Positions 13,700 to 27,520 of a DNA stretch of 64,000 nucleotides are shown piece by piece. The notes under the pieces were generated by a model. That model saw nothing but the letters and a program-made list of their open reading frames with translations, did no database searches and had not been told where the DNA came from. The DNA lies in contig OZ024740.1 of the NCBI GenBank assembly GCA_964016885.1, positions 43,400,001 through 43,464,000 on the forward strand, given 5' to 3'. Source of the DNA: Eledone cirrhosa. Taxonomy: Eukaryota. Every line of letters begins with the position of its first letter. Position 1 is the stretch's first letter. The position numbers and the translations under genes were made by a program.

Positions 13700-15575
13700 C
13701 CTTCTCCATAGCTAAGTATACGCTTAACTATAGATCAATGAAGTTCATCCAGATGTGCATAACCATATTCTAGGATATAGATATTCAGGAGCGGAACGTC
13801 AGAGTGTAATCTGTCGATGAAAAAGGAAGTCAGAATGTCCCTTACAAAATAACTGCCTTGACAAGAATCTAGTATATAAATGCACCATTAAGACAAATAA
13901 TAATATATATAACTACATTGGTGCCACTTCATCTGGGTTTAAGGTTCGTTGGTACAATCATAAAAATTTCTTTTCGAAACCAGACAAAAAATGTTCAACT
14001 TCACTCTCACAATTAATATGGTCTTTGAAGGACAAGAATATTAAATACTCCATCTCTTGGACATGGTTAAAAAATGCCAATTCCTATCGGAATGCTTCCA
14101 TTTCACCAAATTGCAATCTTTGCAATCTCGAGACTCTATTGATAATTACAAATTATGACAATTTAATTAACAAGAAGAATGAATTATTTAGCAGCTGCCA
14201 ACATAGAACTGGTAAAACATTGCAAGCATTGTTCAAGTTTCGAAAAAATATTGACAATTAATAAATTTATAAATATATTTATAATTTTTGCCTTACTGGA
14301 GTAATAATGTATTGATGTTTTATCTATTATAATAATTTCATTATGAGTCTCTGTATCCTACGTTTTGATCAGGACAGTTCAATATTTAACTTAACAATTG
14401 TTGAATTATGGTTTAGAAATATCACTATATTTCAGAGTAGATATATTGTTTAAAGCTCACATATGTTGAATGAGTTATCTTCCTTTTGTGTACATTCTTC
14501 GTAAATATGTTTATCCTGTTTGAATAGCTTGCTATTTTAATTTTTGACATAAATTGAATAATATAAGAATTTCTTTAAAACGAAACTGTAATAATTTGTA
14601 ATTACTGAAGTTAATATAAATTAACGAAATAAAACTTTTGAGAGTAAATATGACTAAAATTTAATCCTGTAATTATATGATAATTAAAAATTTGAAACGA
14701 TTTTATAAAGGGGATATATGCATGTATTGTAATACATGTTTAATAATTATTTAAATATGCTTTAAAGATAAATCTTTTTAAAGTTGAAACAAAATACTTA
14801 TGGAATATATTACCTAAACCAAAAATTAAAATCTATAATGAGTTAAATTAAATTATATAATTTTTTAATGAAATAAATATGTGACGGTTATGAAAAGTAA
14901 TGTATATTGATTAATGTTGATATATTATATAAGTATAATTAGCTTAACCATAACCAAATACTAGAGATATTCAATGGTTTATGGTAATTGATTCGTTGCC
15001 TCAATTGACCTAATATTTGAAAACAACGGTTTTTCTCCCTATCCCCTCCATAATTTCTTTTGTCGTTATTTCTTCTTTCTTCTTTTTCTTCATTTTTATA
15101 TATATTTCTTCCTCTATACACACATTTATTTATTCATTTAAATATTTATATATGTATTTTTTTATTTATTTTTATTTTTTATTGCATCTCCTCTTCTTTA
15201 CACCCGCTCTTATATCTCTAACTCGCTCCAAGTCCTTTTCTTCTTTAAGTGTATCATATTATTATTTGTGGTATATAAATGTTGAGATTTGATGAAATAA
15301 ATCACTGCCAATACTGGAATTGAAATATCAAGACCGTAGAGATATGTCATATATCAAATCGTATATTTTATCTGACGAGGATATACGGGGGGAAAAACAA
15401 CATAGTACCTTCGAAATATACATAATAAAGCATATATTTTGATTATGTGAATATCTTCATTTGTTAATATTTTGAATAATATTAAAAGTTCAGGAAAATT
15501 TCACTGTTGAGTGCTTTTAATCTTTTGTAAAACTGTATTCATTGAGTAATCAATGAACCATATTAATATTTGGTT
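13700..15575 (+). mobile_element. Penelope-like element 3' part: GIY-YIG (to 14261) plus ~1.3 kb tail ending in (TA)n
   Basis: ECPLQNNCLDKNLVYKC...YIGAT..FK.RW.NHK...T.LS.LIW.LK...CNLC.LE...NKKNELFSSC.H; hammerhead near the end. Confidence 0.85.
15367..15429 (+). ncRNA. Type I hammerhead ribozyme
   Basis: uuuau-CUGACGA-gg...cuuc-GAAA-uauaca-UA-auaaa. Confidence 0.7.
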
Positions 15576-15601
15576 ATATATATATATATGCACACACACA
15601 C

Positions 15602-15643
<42 letters not shown>

Positions 15644-15859
15644 TATATTTCGTTTCTGAATTTGTTTAGCAAGATTCTTTATCTGAAAACGTGTGTTGAA
15701 ACCGATATTGTTATGCTTTGGGAGGGTCATGTTGCCAATAAGATACACACGAACCAGTTGCTTTCACTTCAATTTATTATAAATTAAATTTATAAATTTA
15801 GGAATTTATAAATTCCGGTTGGTTGGTTGGTTCCACAACCAGACGATTGTTCATATATT

Positions 15860-15902
15860 GTCAAAGTTCTTTCGTCACACATTATCTGACCTCTTCAGTG
15901 AC
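15860..15902 (-). ncRNA. Type I hammerhead ribozyme (family B)
   Basis: guca-CUGAAGA-gguca..ugac-GAAA-gaac-UU-ugac. Confidence 0.7.
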
Positions 15903-16050
15903 TGGGGATTCTTTTCTTTGTTTTTGTGCCTCTCCTTTGTTCTGTCCTACGCCATCTTGTTTTTGTGTGTGTTGTGTGCTTAGTTTGCGCATGTGTTACA
16001 TCCGGGTGTCTGTGGGTGTTTATATTTGTTTATTTATTTGTTTATTTACC

Positions 16051-16095
16051 TGTCACTGAAGAGGTCACAGAATGGGTGACGAAAGAACTTTGACA
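16051..16095 (+). ncRNA. Type I hammerhead ribozyme (family B)
   Basis: uguca-CUGAAGA-g-gucac agaaugg gugac-GAAA-gaac-UU-ugaca. Confidence 0.8.
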
Positions 16096-16251
16096 ATATA
16101 TGAACAATCGTCTGTTTGTCGAACCAACCAACCAACCAACCGGAAATTTATAAATTCCTAAATTTATAAATTTAATTTATAATAAATTGAAGTGAATGCT
16201 AGTGGTGCGTGTGTTTCTTATTGACAACATGACCCTCCCAAATCATAACAA

Positions 16252-16288
<37 letters not shown>

Positions 16289-16296
<8 letters not shown>

Positions 16297-17043
16297 TAAA
16301 ATAACAGATTAAAGTTTAAGCAAAGAATCGCTGCTTTCACCCTTAAAGGGATCTTCTGAAACTTACAAATTCAATCTGTGAACGCAGAAGTGAATATTTC
16401 AAAAAACGTTGCAACCGGAGGAAGAAAGGAAGACGATACTTTGGTTTGTGGAACCGTTCACTGGCAAAGAACGGGAAAAAACGAATATAATACGTCATTG
16501 CAAAGACAAAACCACGTTTATGGTATAAAAGAAGTCGTAGACTAATATTCTATTAGGTGGTTCAAGAGACGTTCTCTGGCAATATATTTTAGTCTACAAC
16601 TTCAATTATACCATTTACGTGGTTTTGTCTTTGCGTGCAATTGTTCTCTACGGTCCACATATGACGTATTATCTTCGTTTTTTCCGTTCATTGCCAGAGA
16701 ACGTCTCTATGAACCACCTAATAGAATATTAGTCTAGGACTTCTTTTATACCATAAACGTGCAATGACGTTTTTTCCCGTTCTTTGCCAGGGAACGTTTC
16801 GACGAACCAAAGTATCGTCTTACTGTCTTCCTCCGGTTGCAACGTTTTTTTTAAGTATTAACTTCTGCGTTCACAGATTGACTTTGTTAGTCTCATAAGA
16901 TCCCGTTAAGGGTGAAAGCAGCGATTCTTTGCTTAAACTTTAATCTGTTATTTTAATAAATATTTGCTCTACTGTTCTTATATATTTGATATATATTTAT
17001 CCTTATCGAGCCCTCTTTGGATTTTAGTCTTCAAATTTATGAT

Positions 17044-17047
<4 letters not shown>
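16289..17047. mobile_element. Head-to-head fold-back of PLE-like family C terminus between two (TA)n tracts
   Basis: Arms ~16289-16583 and ~16690-16963; degenerate hammerhead (c.gaaga.ccc..ggg.gaaa) in each arm; terminus recurs at 29324-29410. Confidence 0.85.
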
Positions 17048-17085
<38 letters not shown>

Positions 17086-17602
17086 CCTCATGCATATGGC
17101 AATATATGGTTATGAAGAGGTATACTTTATGCGTACATAGTTTACTGTTCATTGAAAGAAATTTTAATATATTGCGAATTCTTAAGTGACATGTCAAGTA
17201 TTTACAAATGGGAATACACCAGTCTTTCATCGGATAACACATAAATGTAGTGACGTCTGTATTTAATATAAATTTAAGAAATATTATTCACTGTGGATTG
17301 ACTTCAAGTGTAGTGAACTTTCATACTTCAAGTGTCCACAACTGCTTATTTGAGTCTTATCAACGCATTGGTACAGCGAAATAAACTCATTCTGAATATT
17401 TGCTGTAGAAATAGCTTGCCTTCTAATTAGGTCATTTTTTTCTTTATATGTATATCCATTTTTTACTCCTGCTCAAATGAATAGCTTGACGACGCATTTT
17501 AACATGTAGCAGAGTTTACTGAGATTATCAATATAGTTGGGTATTGACTTTTGTTGTTTGATTATGAGCACAATCTTCATTATTTTTAGTAGCATAAGAG
17601 CA

Positions 17603-17803
17603 GTGGATTGGCAGTATCGGTAGAGCGTCGGACAGCATGCTTTGAAGCAAAGAGTTACGGCCCTTAGCGTTTCAAATCCCACAGAGGTTAGCTTTGACTT
17701 TCCTCCTTTCGGGGACGATAAAACAAAGCACCAGTAATGCACTGGGGTAAGTTCCATCGGCTTTCCCCTACCCCACAATTGCTGGCCTATAGTAGAAATC
17801 ATT
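17603..17803 (+). mobile_element. SINE family 1 copy
   Basis: Matches family consensus. Confidence 0.85.
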
Positions 17804-17844
17804 ATTTTTATCTGTATAACCTCTCTACAACACTTCGTTGATTA

Positions 17845-18774
17845 CACTGTGTAACAGAATGTTTGTCCTTGGTTAGCAACTATTATTTTCTATTTGCTTA
17901 TGGCTCAAAGGTATGAAAAATGGCTAGTATTTCCTTAAAACTTTGCTTTTATGGCCATGATAATGATATTTCTAGATGTATCTAATCTCATTTGTAAAAC
18001 TGCCAAATATGAACATTCTCCTTCAAGCAAAGTTGGACTAAAATGACATTTGATTAAAAAAGTAGCATTTATTTATTCTAGGATTATACAATAATCTTAA
18101 AAGTGAGTGGGTTTTCGGGATTTATGCTTAAGCTGCAAGTTGCTTTCACGAATCAGCCCCCATATATAGACTTCCATCATGTTTTCATTATATGATCCTC
18201 GGTAGTGACGTTCAAAGTCAAGTATGTCCTGGTGGAAGCGCTCGCCTTGCTCTTCAGTGTATGCCTCCATGTTCCCCTTATATTTATTAAAATGAGCGTC
18301 AAGGATATATACTTTGCGGTACATCCTGCAACTCATTTTGCCGAACTTCTTCACCAGGGTCTTAAAATCTCCACATAATTTTCGGCCTTGTGATTCCCCA
18401 AAGCACTGCAACAAAACGGCTCCACGCTGCGTCCTTTGTCTTAGTGAGCTTCTTGGCGAATTCCTTGCACCACATGATATTCCTTATTTGTGGTCCGACG
18501 AAGACACTGGCTTTAAGTTTTGCCTCATACAGCTTAGGGAAGAAGTCTCGAAGGTATGTGAAGGCTGTCGACTCCTTATCTAGAGCTGTGATAAACTGTT
18601 CCATAAGGCCCAATTTTAAGTGGGAACAATAACTTCCGGGGCTGTGCAAGTCACAAAAGCAAAGTTAAGGGAGAATAATTGTCGTTTCTTCTGCTTTCTA
18701 GGCGGAAGAAAGTAGGAAATAGCAATTATTGACCAAAGAAAATAAAAAGGGGGGAAATTTTTTGTTACATAGTG
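17845..18774 (-). mobile_element. Internally deleted Chapaev3 (CMC superfamily) DNA transposon with both TIRs
   Basis: HLKLGLM.QF..AL...FPKL.EAK.K..VFVGPQIR and EEQGERFHQDI..FE..Y motifs; TIRs cactgtgtaaca / tgttacatagtg; TTA on both flanks (TSD). Confidence 0.85.
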
Positions 18775-19384
18775 TTATTTAAAATATCAGGCGAAATGTT
18801 TTATTTCAACCCTTTGGTTTCCAGAAAACCTCCAGCATTCAACTGCCAACTGAATATTGATTTAAAACACAACCAGACAAAATTAACACTTGCTGATTTT
18901 TCAAACTAGAAAGGTTAACTATGAGTTTCTCTCTCATTATATCTATATTATATAACTGATAGTGACGTATTTAACCAAAGATGTAAATATTCAAGCCTTC
19001 GTACTAAAATATTGGTGTATATTGTGGGTTGTATGAAACAGCAACTAGAGCAAACAAGACGTCTGGCAGATTTACTGAATGTAATTCGATACCTGGCATT
19101 TTTAGTTCTTACTATACAGGTGTTGTCTATGGAATATCCAACTAGAGATTCAACCTAACTTGCTGTAAAAGATCGATGAAATCGTTTTCAAATAAGAATT
19201 GGTATAGGTCTTGTCCTAGCAATTTCGAAAACGTTGAATGAAAAAAAAACAAGAACAATTACAATAAAAAAAAGGAAAAAAAAAAAGAAAAAGAAGAAAC
19301 AAACAAAAATCCAACAAAAACAATTCCTTTCCGTTTGGTAAATGTTGTCAATTAATATTTCTGAAATTTAAAATTAATGAACTG

Positions 19385-19570
19385 ATTGTTTCTACTTTTG
19401 GCACAAGGCCAGCAATTATCCCAATGCATTACTGGTGCATTATTTTATCGACCCCGTAAGGATGAAAGACAAAGTTAATCTCGGCGGGAATTGAACTCAA
19501 ACTGTAAAGAGCCCTAACTCTATGCTGTAAAACATCTTGTTCGACGCTCTACAGATACTGTCCACCGCCG
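19385..19570 (-). mobile_element. SINE family 1 copy
   Basis: Reverse complement of the consensus. Confidence 0.85.
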
Positions 19571-20879
19571 TGTAATAATACATTGAAGAAACAGAAACAT
19601 TTTTCATTTAAATATTAAATGTAAACAAACACAACATATTACATTGATAACATCCCCCTCCGTCTTTCGTTATCCCTCAGGGGTAGTCACAAGCAAATAG
19701 ATTCATGCATAAATCCTCCCATTCATTTAAACTCATATATAAGCTAGGCTGCTTATCCATCAAAATCTAGCAACAGCTATATTCTCCTTTGGTTATCTAC
19801 ATATGAATGTTTGGGGTGCAGGTTTTTAAAGTAAATCGGGTATGTATATATTTCATAGTATGGTGCCAATATAGCAGTACATATATGCCTCTTTTCTGGT
19901 TTTGATTAGTGTTTCCTTTCCTATATTTTCCACCTCCTTCTAGGAGAGGAAACACCGTTAAACTCGGAACAGGCCTTTTGAAAAAGCTTGAGTTGATCTT
20001 CTTTTATGTGAACGGGAGCTGGTCGTTGTGTGGCTTCGTTTTGATTTCTCATCAGGCGTTCCCTGTGGTGTAGTGAGCCAGAAAAGATTGATGTAAGTCG
20101 GGCATGCATCTCACGCAAGGAATCTGTATTCGGGTCTGTTTATTGTGGATTTAATGCTGTTGGTTTTGATTTGACAAAGAATCCAGTGTCATGGAATCCA
20201 ATCTATAATCATGTGCAGGTTAGACAGTGGAATGATTGTTTGAATCTATCGGATGTTAACGACTCCCAGGAGTTTGTATTTCATATTTTGAACCTATAAC
20301 ATGATGAGATGCGAAGCCTTCCAAAGATGAAGTAGATTAATCTCTCATAGATTTACTGCCTTTCAGTAATCACTGGAGAAGTTAGTTCTTAGGCAGCTGA
20401 ATCTGAAGAATGTAGACAGTTGTTTTTGATGTTGTTGTTGTTGTTGTACTGTTTAAGTGAGGTACAAAATAGAGTACAGAGTACTATTAATAAATAATGT
20501 TTCTTATGATAACTGTGGTATATATCATATAATCAGCTCCAAAAATAGATAAGAAAAGAAGGAAGTGAGAGAATAAGACATGGTATGGAACATATATATA
20601 TATATATAAATGAGAGGTATAGAGATTGTTTTATATATATATATATATATATATTTTAAAACTTGTTCTTATTTGCTAAACCTTGATTATATATATATAT
20701 ATATATTAGTAAAAAGGAAAATAGAATGCTGACAAATTTTTCCCAGTGAAAAATAGTTTAATTAGGAATAAGTATAAATTAGTAATAAGTATTAGTTAGT
20801 ATTCAGTTTCAGTTTTCAGTTTTTTATATAGATATATATATATATATCTGCCTCTCTGTTTTGTTCCCTTATAAATTTG

Positions 20880-20934
<55 letters not shown>

Positions 20935-20940
<6 letters not shown>

Positions 20941-21142
20941 AGTACAGCATATTCGAAGTTCGATCAGCAGCTTAGCCAACGAATCCCTTCAGCAGTGCAG
21001 CCAAGCACTCGACAAGGAATAGACCTCAGGGTAATAACATACAGTTTAACGGGCTTTGCAAATTGAAAATAGCGACCGCTAATTCAGCAGCGTGATCTGT
21101 AGCAACGAAAGAACTGACTAGTGAGAAAAGGAAATACACATA

Positions 21143-21180
<38 letters not shown>

Positions 21181-21704
21181 AACACACATATATATATACA
21201 TATAAAAATATACATACATACATATATGCACATAGCTGTAAATATAACATACCTGGACCGAAACTTGGAAATTACTGAATATCCAAGTGAGGTTTCTGTA
21301 AATCCGAAATCAACAAAATCCGCTTATGGTGTATACAAGTTAAGTTTCTGGAAGATCGAACAGAGGAATTTACTTTCTCAACAGGCTTTCGTTCTAGCCC
21401 AAAACCCGGTGTGAAGTACATGTTACTCCAAAGGGAGGTAACCCCGATTTCTGTTGATCAATTCAAAAATTATGGGCAATTGAAAAAATTCCATACACAA
21501 ACTGAATTAAGCACTCAACCAGACCGTTATTAAACAAACTTAAATAATTAACCAATCAATGGAATTGTCAAATTAAATAAATAAATTAATCATGAGGTCT
21601 AGGAGATAGTAATACAATAGTACAGCATATTCGAAGTTCGATCAGCAGCTAAGCCAACGAATGCCTTCAGCAGTGCAGCCAAGCACTCGACAAGGAATAG
21701 ACCT
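20935..21704. repeat. 92 bp direct repeat (20935-21026 and 21613-21704; family E)
   Basis: tacaatagtacagcatattcgaag...gaatagacct occurs twice; first copy abuts (TA)n. Confidence 0.85.
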
Positions 21705-21766
21705 AATTGCAAACGAATCGAATGTTATCATTAATATTCGAAAGACTCAGATTACATGTATATATA

Positions 21767-21849
<83 letters not shown>

Positions 21850-22183
21850 GTAATCTGAGTTTTTCGAATATTAATAATAACATTCGATTCGTTTGCAATT
21901 ATGCAAACAACCCTCACTTTTAACGCCATGTATGTTTTAGAAAATACCATATATTTTCACTAGCTCTGACAGTTGGCAGGTGAACAGTGAGCTGTACTGA
22001 TGAAGAGTGATACCCAGAAACATTAGTGTCTGCAATTCTGTTTATATGCCAACACAAGAGCAAGAATGAGGAGCTCATTCTACAGAGGCTTGTTTGCATA
22101 ATTGCAAACAAATCGAATGTTATTATTTATATTCGAAAAATTCAGATTACAATTATTGTATTCACCCATGTAGAGCGAAAATG
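21705..22183. mobile_element. Three copies of PLE-like family F terminus in alternating orientation around (TA)n
   Basis: aattgcaaac.aatcgaatgttat...cagattaca at 21705-21757 (+), 21848-21910 (-) and 22090-22151 (+). Confidence 0.8.
21993..22034 (+). ncRNA. Type I hammerhead ribozyme (family F)
   Basis: ugua-CUGAUGA-agagugauaccca-GAAA-cauuagug-UC-ugca; GUC triplet; stem II has a mismatch. Confidence 0.65.
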
Positions 22184-22234
22184 TATATATATATGTATGT
22201 GTGTGTGAGTGTGTGTATGTGTGTATACATGCAT

Positions 22235-22356
<122 letters not shown>

Positions 22357-22362
22357 ATTCAT

Positions 22363-22408
<46 letters not shown>

Positions 22409-22930
22409 TAAACGATATATACGTGTGTTCCGTTGGCAAATCGAGTGATCGAACACCAGGTAGGACTTACGACCCCACATACTTTTGTATCGATACTCGA
22501 GATCAATCACTCCGTTTTCCTCATGGTAAAGACCACCTTCGATCATGAATGACTACGGGTTTTGGGCCTAGAATGTTACCCCTCTAAGGCACAAGTCCGA
22601 GCAATGTTGTTAATGCATACTAAAATCAGAAGTTTTAGAATTTTCATTATATATGTATAAATATAATATTAACCCACATGTGGAATATATCAATTTATTC
22701 TTTTTCACGCGTTTCACAAGTTGCAGGCATATAAATATCAATTAGATCAAGCGAAATACAAATCTATATATCACATTTATAGAAGCAAATTAATTCAAAA
22801 GATAAACACAGTTCAGATGGATTGTATAAGCTCTATTTAATTGGTGATTGTACAAACAGATTCAGCTTAAATATATTTTCGTCATATGATAAATTTATTT
22901 CCGAGCTTGTATGTGTGTGTATATATATAA

Positions 22931-22977
<47 letters not shown>

Positions 22978-23007
22978 TATATATATAGACAGAGAGAGAG
23001 AGAGAGA

Positions 23008-23069
<62 letters not shown>

Positions 23070-23648
23070 GTGAAGTTGGAAATAGAACGGAAAATATATT
23101 TTAGGGTCTGTTTTTCGTTTTTTCTTTCTTTGACATTAAGTGACATTATTGAAAAAATGAGAAGGACAGTTCTTTTAAAAAAAAGTTTTATAAAGTATAT
23201 AAAGTATATAAAGTATATAAAGTATTACCGGTTTCGATGTATTATTGCAATTCGTATTATCAAATGTTGTGTATTACAATTAAAAAGATTTAATAGGAAT
23301 TAAAAACTAAAAATTAAAGATTTAAAATTAAATGTTGGAGTAAGTTTTTCCCCATCTTCCTTTCTCAGAAGTAGACTGGAGAATGTATTCTTGTGTATAG
23401 AGAGACAAGTAGGCATGATAGTAGCAGTAGTGTTGGTAATTGTGTTTCTTCACACACACACACATATATATATATACATATATATACATGTGTGTGCACG
23501 TGAGTATGTATGTCTGTGTGAATGTGTGTGTTTATGTGTGCGTATATGTTTGTGTATATATATATATATATATATTCCCATTATTTCATTTTCATCTAAT
23601 TTTTATATTCACGCCCATTATGAGTTCATGCAATTGACTTATGTTTCG

Positions 23649-23721
<73 letters not shown>

Positions 23722-24735
23722 AGATAAGAACTCAGAATAGTCTCTTACAATTAAATAGCTCTAAGAAAAAAGCTTTTCCGAGCAGTACAATATAATTGAA
23801 TAAACAAGAGAGATGAACACTAATATAAACATACATGTGTTCGAATCGTAAGTACCAAATTTGCTAGGGTGAAAAAATTCTAACTACAGCAATATGGTTT
23901 GTTAATGTTAACTTTAAATATTAAATTAGGAAAAATTAAGAAAAATAACAGACCTATATTGGGCAAAATGCCTGGTAACAACTAAACAGTATTGGAGACT
24001 GTTTCACCCAACTTGTAGAAATCTTATAATGAAACGAGCCGTCTGGGAATTGATATATTTGAGCAACAGATATGAACTTTCCCGATATAAGGTATGACTA
24101 TCTTTGTTTATTTTTATATGAATATTGATTGTTTGTTCTTGTATCTCATTCTGTTATTTTGCCCGAGAAAAAATATATATGTGTCATAAAGCGGTGCGCA
24201 CATATAGTTATTTTTTCATATACAATTGAGTTCTTAGCACGTGGCTTGAATTCTTGTCAGAGTTCAACGACCTGCGCATGTATTGTTTTTGGCGGTAGCC
24301 TCCTTCCTCCCATTTTCGGGACAGTGTGAGACTTTCTTTAGAACTGCTGGACTAATAACCTAGCAGTCTCCTCAAGCACTGATGGTGATTATCGCTATAT
24401 ATTGATGTTGATTTGGTTATCAATATTAATGTTATTGGGTACCCACTGAAGATTTATAAGCGCCCACTTGAATAAGTATCTGTTGATCTTATACAAGCTT
24501 CTACATAACTTGATATAATTTAACCCAACTTGTAGAAATCTTATAATGAAACGAGTCGTCTGGGAATTGATATATTTGATATATCTCATATGAAATAATA
24601 CAGCCAATTATCTACACAATACAATATAGTTAGCACCCCAAACGTTTAATTGGGAATATACTCAGGTATTTCCTAATGTTTGTTGAGTGAGTTGGAATTT
24701 GGCCGGAGTATCGCTTATAGCTTTCTCCGATTATG

Positions 24736-24813
<78 letters not shown>

Positions 24814-26679
24814 CGTGAGTATGTATGTCTATGTGAATGTGTGTGTGTGTGTGCACGTGAGTATGTATGTCTATGTGAATGTGTGTGTTTATGTGTGCGT
24901 ATATGTTTGTGTATATATATATATATTCCCATTATTTCATTTTCATCTACTTTTTATATTCACGTCTATTTTTCTCACTTCTTTTTGAATACCCACCAAC
25001 TCCATTTTTATTATTCATGTGATGTTCTATCCATTTAAAATATGTTGCATGGAGGACGATGACAAATGCAAAAACCACTGTGGAATGTTTATTTGTTAAA
25101 TAAAATATAAAAGTCATTGAACACAGTTGAAAGTTAGTCCTAGAGCATTCCTTTTAGCAAATTATAGTGTAGTCCAGGGACGCAAAATGATACGACCATA
25201 CCATGCAGGTGAAGTTAAACCAAAACGAAAAATACGTCTCCACCCCCTTCACCAATCATAAAAAGAAAAATAGTACTGGCACAGTCGAAACCGAGTTCAG
25301 ATAAATTTATATAAAAATTTATTTTTTTGATACGTGGAGCTTTAGACGAGTCATTGGGTTTTCAGGTTAAAATGGCTGGATATTTATCTTGGGTCTCTGC
25401 TCTCTGGGTTTCAGCTCCACCGAGATGAACCGTGCGTTTCATTCTTTCCTGGTCGGCAAATAAAGTGCCAGTCCACTACAGGCGTCGATTCTTTATCTTT
25501 ATCTGTGAGAGAAATCTGCTGAATTCTACCTGGAGAGGGATATAATTCATTGTATGCAAATTCATTGTAGGCAGGCCATGTGAGTGAATAGCACCTTTAC
25601 AAACACGATCAGGGACAAGTGCCCTTTACCTTGCCTTAATTGTTTTGATTCCTAAATAGCGTTATTTTCTCGGAATCTAGAGATGCTTTATAATCGATAT
25701 ATTTTATTTCCAATGGTTATTACTATTTCTTTTTGCGGAAAATATGTTATCATGATTTAAAATAACTCACGATACAAATTGATAATGGCAGCATCACGTG
25801 TCGAAAAATACACAGGATATGGTTAGAATTTCGAAATACTAGCATTTCAATATTACCCAATATAGGTTTTCAGGTGACATATGCAGCTGCCTGTGAAGCT
25901 AGAGCACCGCACCTCTCAAAACTTAAATACAAACGGCTCAGTTGAACTACAATATATTATTCTGATCAAATATATTAGATACTTGAGAGGTAATATATAA
26001 TGTTATTTGTCTAAAGACATAAAAATCAATAATTATTCATGTTAATATAATTATATATAATGTCGTATGTGCGATAGTTAAATTTCTTGTTTCATTTCAA
26101 AATTTGATTTTAATATTATATAACAATGATAAGTGTAACAAGCAAAAGACGGTGCTAAATGTTTTCAATCAAAATAAGTCGATAAAAACTAATGGTTCCT
26201 CTTTATTGTTTGCTGAAATAAAGCATACTAAACACCTGCAAGTAGAACTAGAGATATCTGAAATAATTTATGTGGCGTCAACCTTCGCTTCGTTGCTTCA
26301 ACGAGCATCAGTACAACCAGTCAACGAAACTGCCCCACGTTTCCTTCTATTGCTACTCAAACCAAACAATGAATTTTAATTTTGCCAAACGTATATTTGG
26401 CAACCAGAAATGATATTTTCAATCAAGTTACTTCATTACCTTTAGTTTTATCCTAGTAGAATCGTTAGGGTGTTGAATAAAATACTTTGTGGTATTTATA
26501 CCGGTTCTCATGTTCTGAGTTCAAATCTCACTGAGATCCCGTTTGCCTTCCATCATACTGGAGACAATGTAATCAATTTATTACCCTCACAAAACCTAAT
26601 GACCTTGTAATTAAATTTGAAACTATTATGACCAAGATTTCGACTGTGCATAGCGTTCTTCTCCCGAAGAAGTTATAAT

Positions 26680-27030
26680 AGTTGCTGATTTAGGTACAAG
26701 CTCAACCATTTTGGAGGAGGGAAAAGTCGATAAAATCCATCGTATTGCATTACTGGTACTTTTTTTCATCATCGATCCCGTAAGGATGAAGTTCAGAACT
26801 AACGACAGGATTTGAACTCAGAACGTTAAGAAAATACACAGGATATGGTTAGAATGTCGAAATACTAGCATTTCAATATTACCCAATATAAGGTTTCAGG
26901 TGACATATGCAGCTGCCAGTGAAGCTAGAGCATGACACCTCTCAACTTAATTAGAAACGGTTCAGTTGAACGTAACTATATGCCGTAAAGCATGTTGTCC
27001 AACGCTCGAGCGATAATGCCAATCCACAGC
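26680..27030 (-). mobile_element. SINE family 1 copy interrupted by a ~140 bp duplication of 25806-25949
   Basis: SINE halves flank aaaatacacaggatatgg...cagttgaac. Confidence 0.75.
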
Positions 27031-27170
27031 CGTTGAAGCAGTTATACTAAAAGTGACAGAATGAAAATGTGATTTTTATTAAAGGATTTTATAAGTGGAA
27101 AATACCAGCCGTCGGAGATTTAAAGAACAAGGACTTTTTGAATGACACCGGATAATTTTGAATTGGTTTG

Positions 27171-27330
27171 TCCGGCCGCTTCCTCTTCGTACCGGTCGCT
27201 GTCGAAACCTCAGGCGTACTTGGACCCCGCACTGCCGAGCTCCTCAGCTACATCGGATCGTCGACGGCCCATCTGAGGAGGTAGCCCCACGGAGTTGGGT
27301 GGCTGTTGCAGCGGGTGTCACTGATCACTG
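27171..27330 (+). mobile_element. CRE-like RLE fragment
   Basis: GRFLFVPVAVETSGVLGPRT...WLLQRVSL, homologous to 13260-13420. Confidence 0.7.
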
Positions 27331-27364
27331 GGAATACTTTTGCCGTCTTGTTCGCGGCACGTGG

Positions 27365-27520
27365 TTACGTTCTGAGTTCAAATCCCGCCGAGGTTAACTT
27401 TGCCTTTCATCCTTACGGGGTCGATAAAATAAAGTACCAGTAATACACTGGGGTCGATTTAATTGACTTTCCCCCTCCTCCCAAATTACTGCCCTTGTGC
27501 CTATACTAGAAATCATTATT
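27365..27520 (+). mobile_element. SINE family 1 copy (5'-truncated)
   Basis: Matches family consensus. Confidence 0.85.

Larger units (their letters stand above)
15705..16254. mobile_element. Head-to-head fold-back of PLE family B terminus (arms 15705-15902 and 16052-16254)
   Basis: Arms are reverse complements; 15705-16050 matches 62845-63205. Confidence 0.9.

Noticed and set aside
19921-20420. Coding-looking minus-strand stretch with an acceptor-like site near 20403
   Set aside because: Multiple stops and no recognisable family
24326-24380. Minus-strand hammerhead-like UUGAGGA-gacugcu..agcaguuc-UAAA
   Set aside because: Two core positions are altered; cannot be supported
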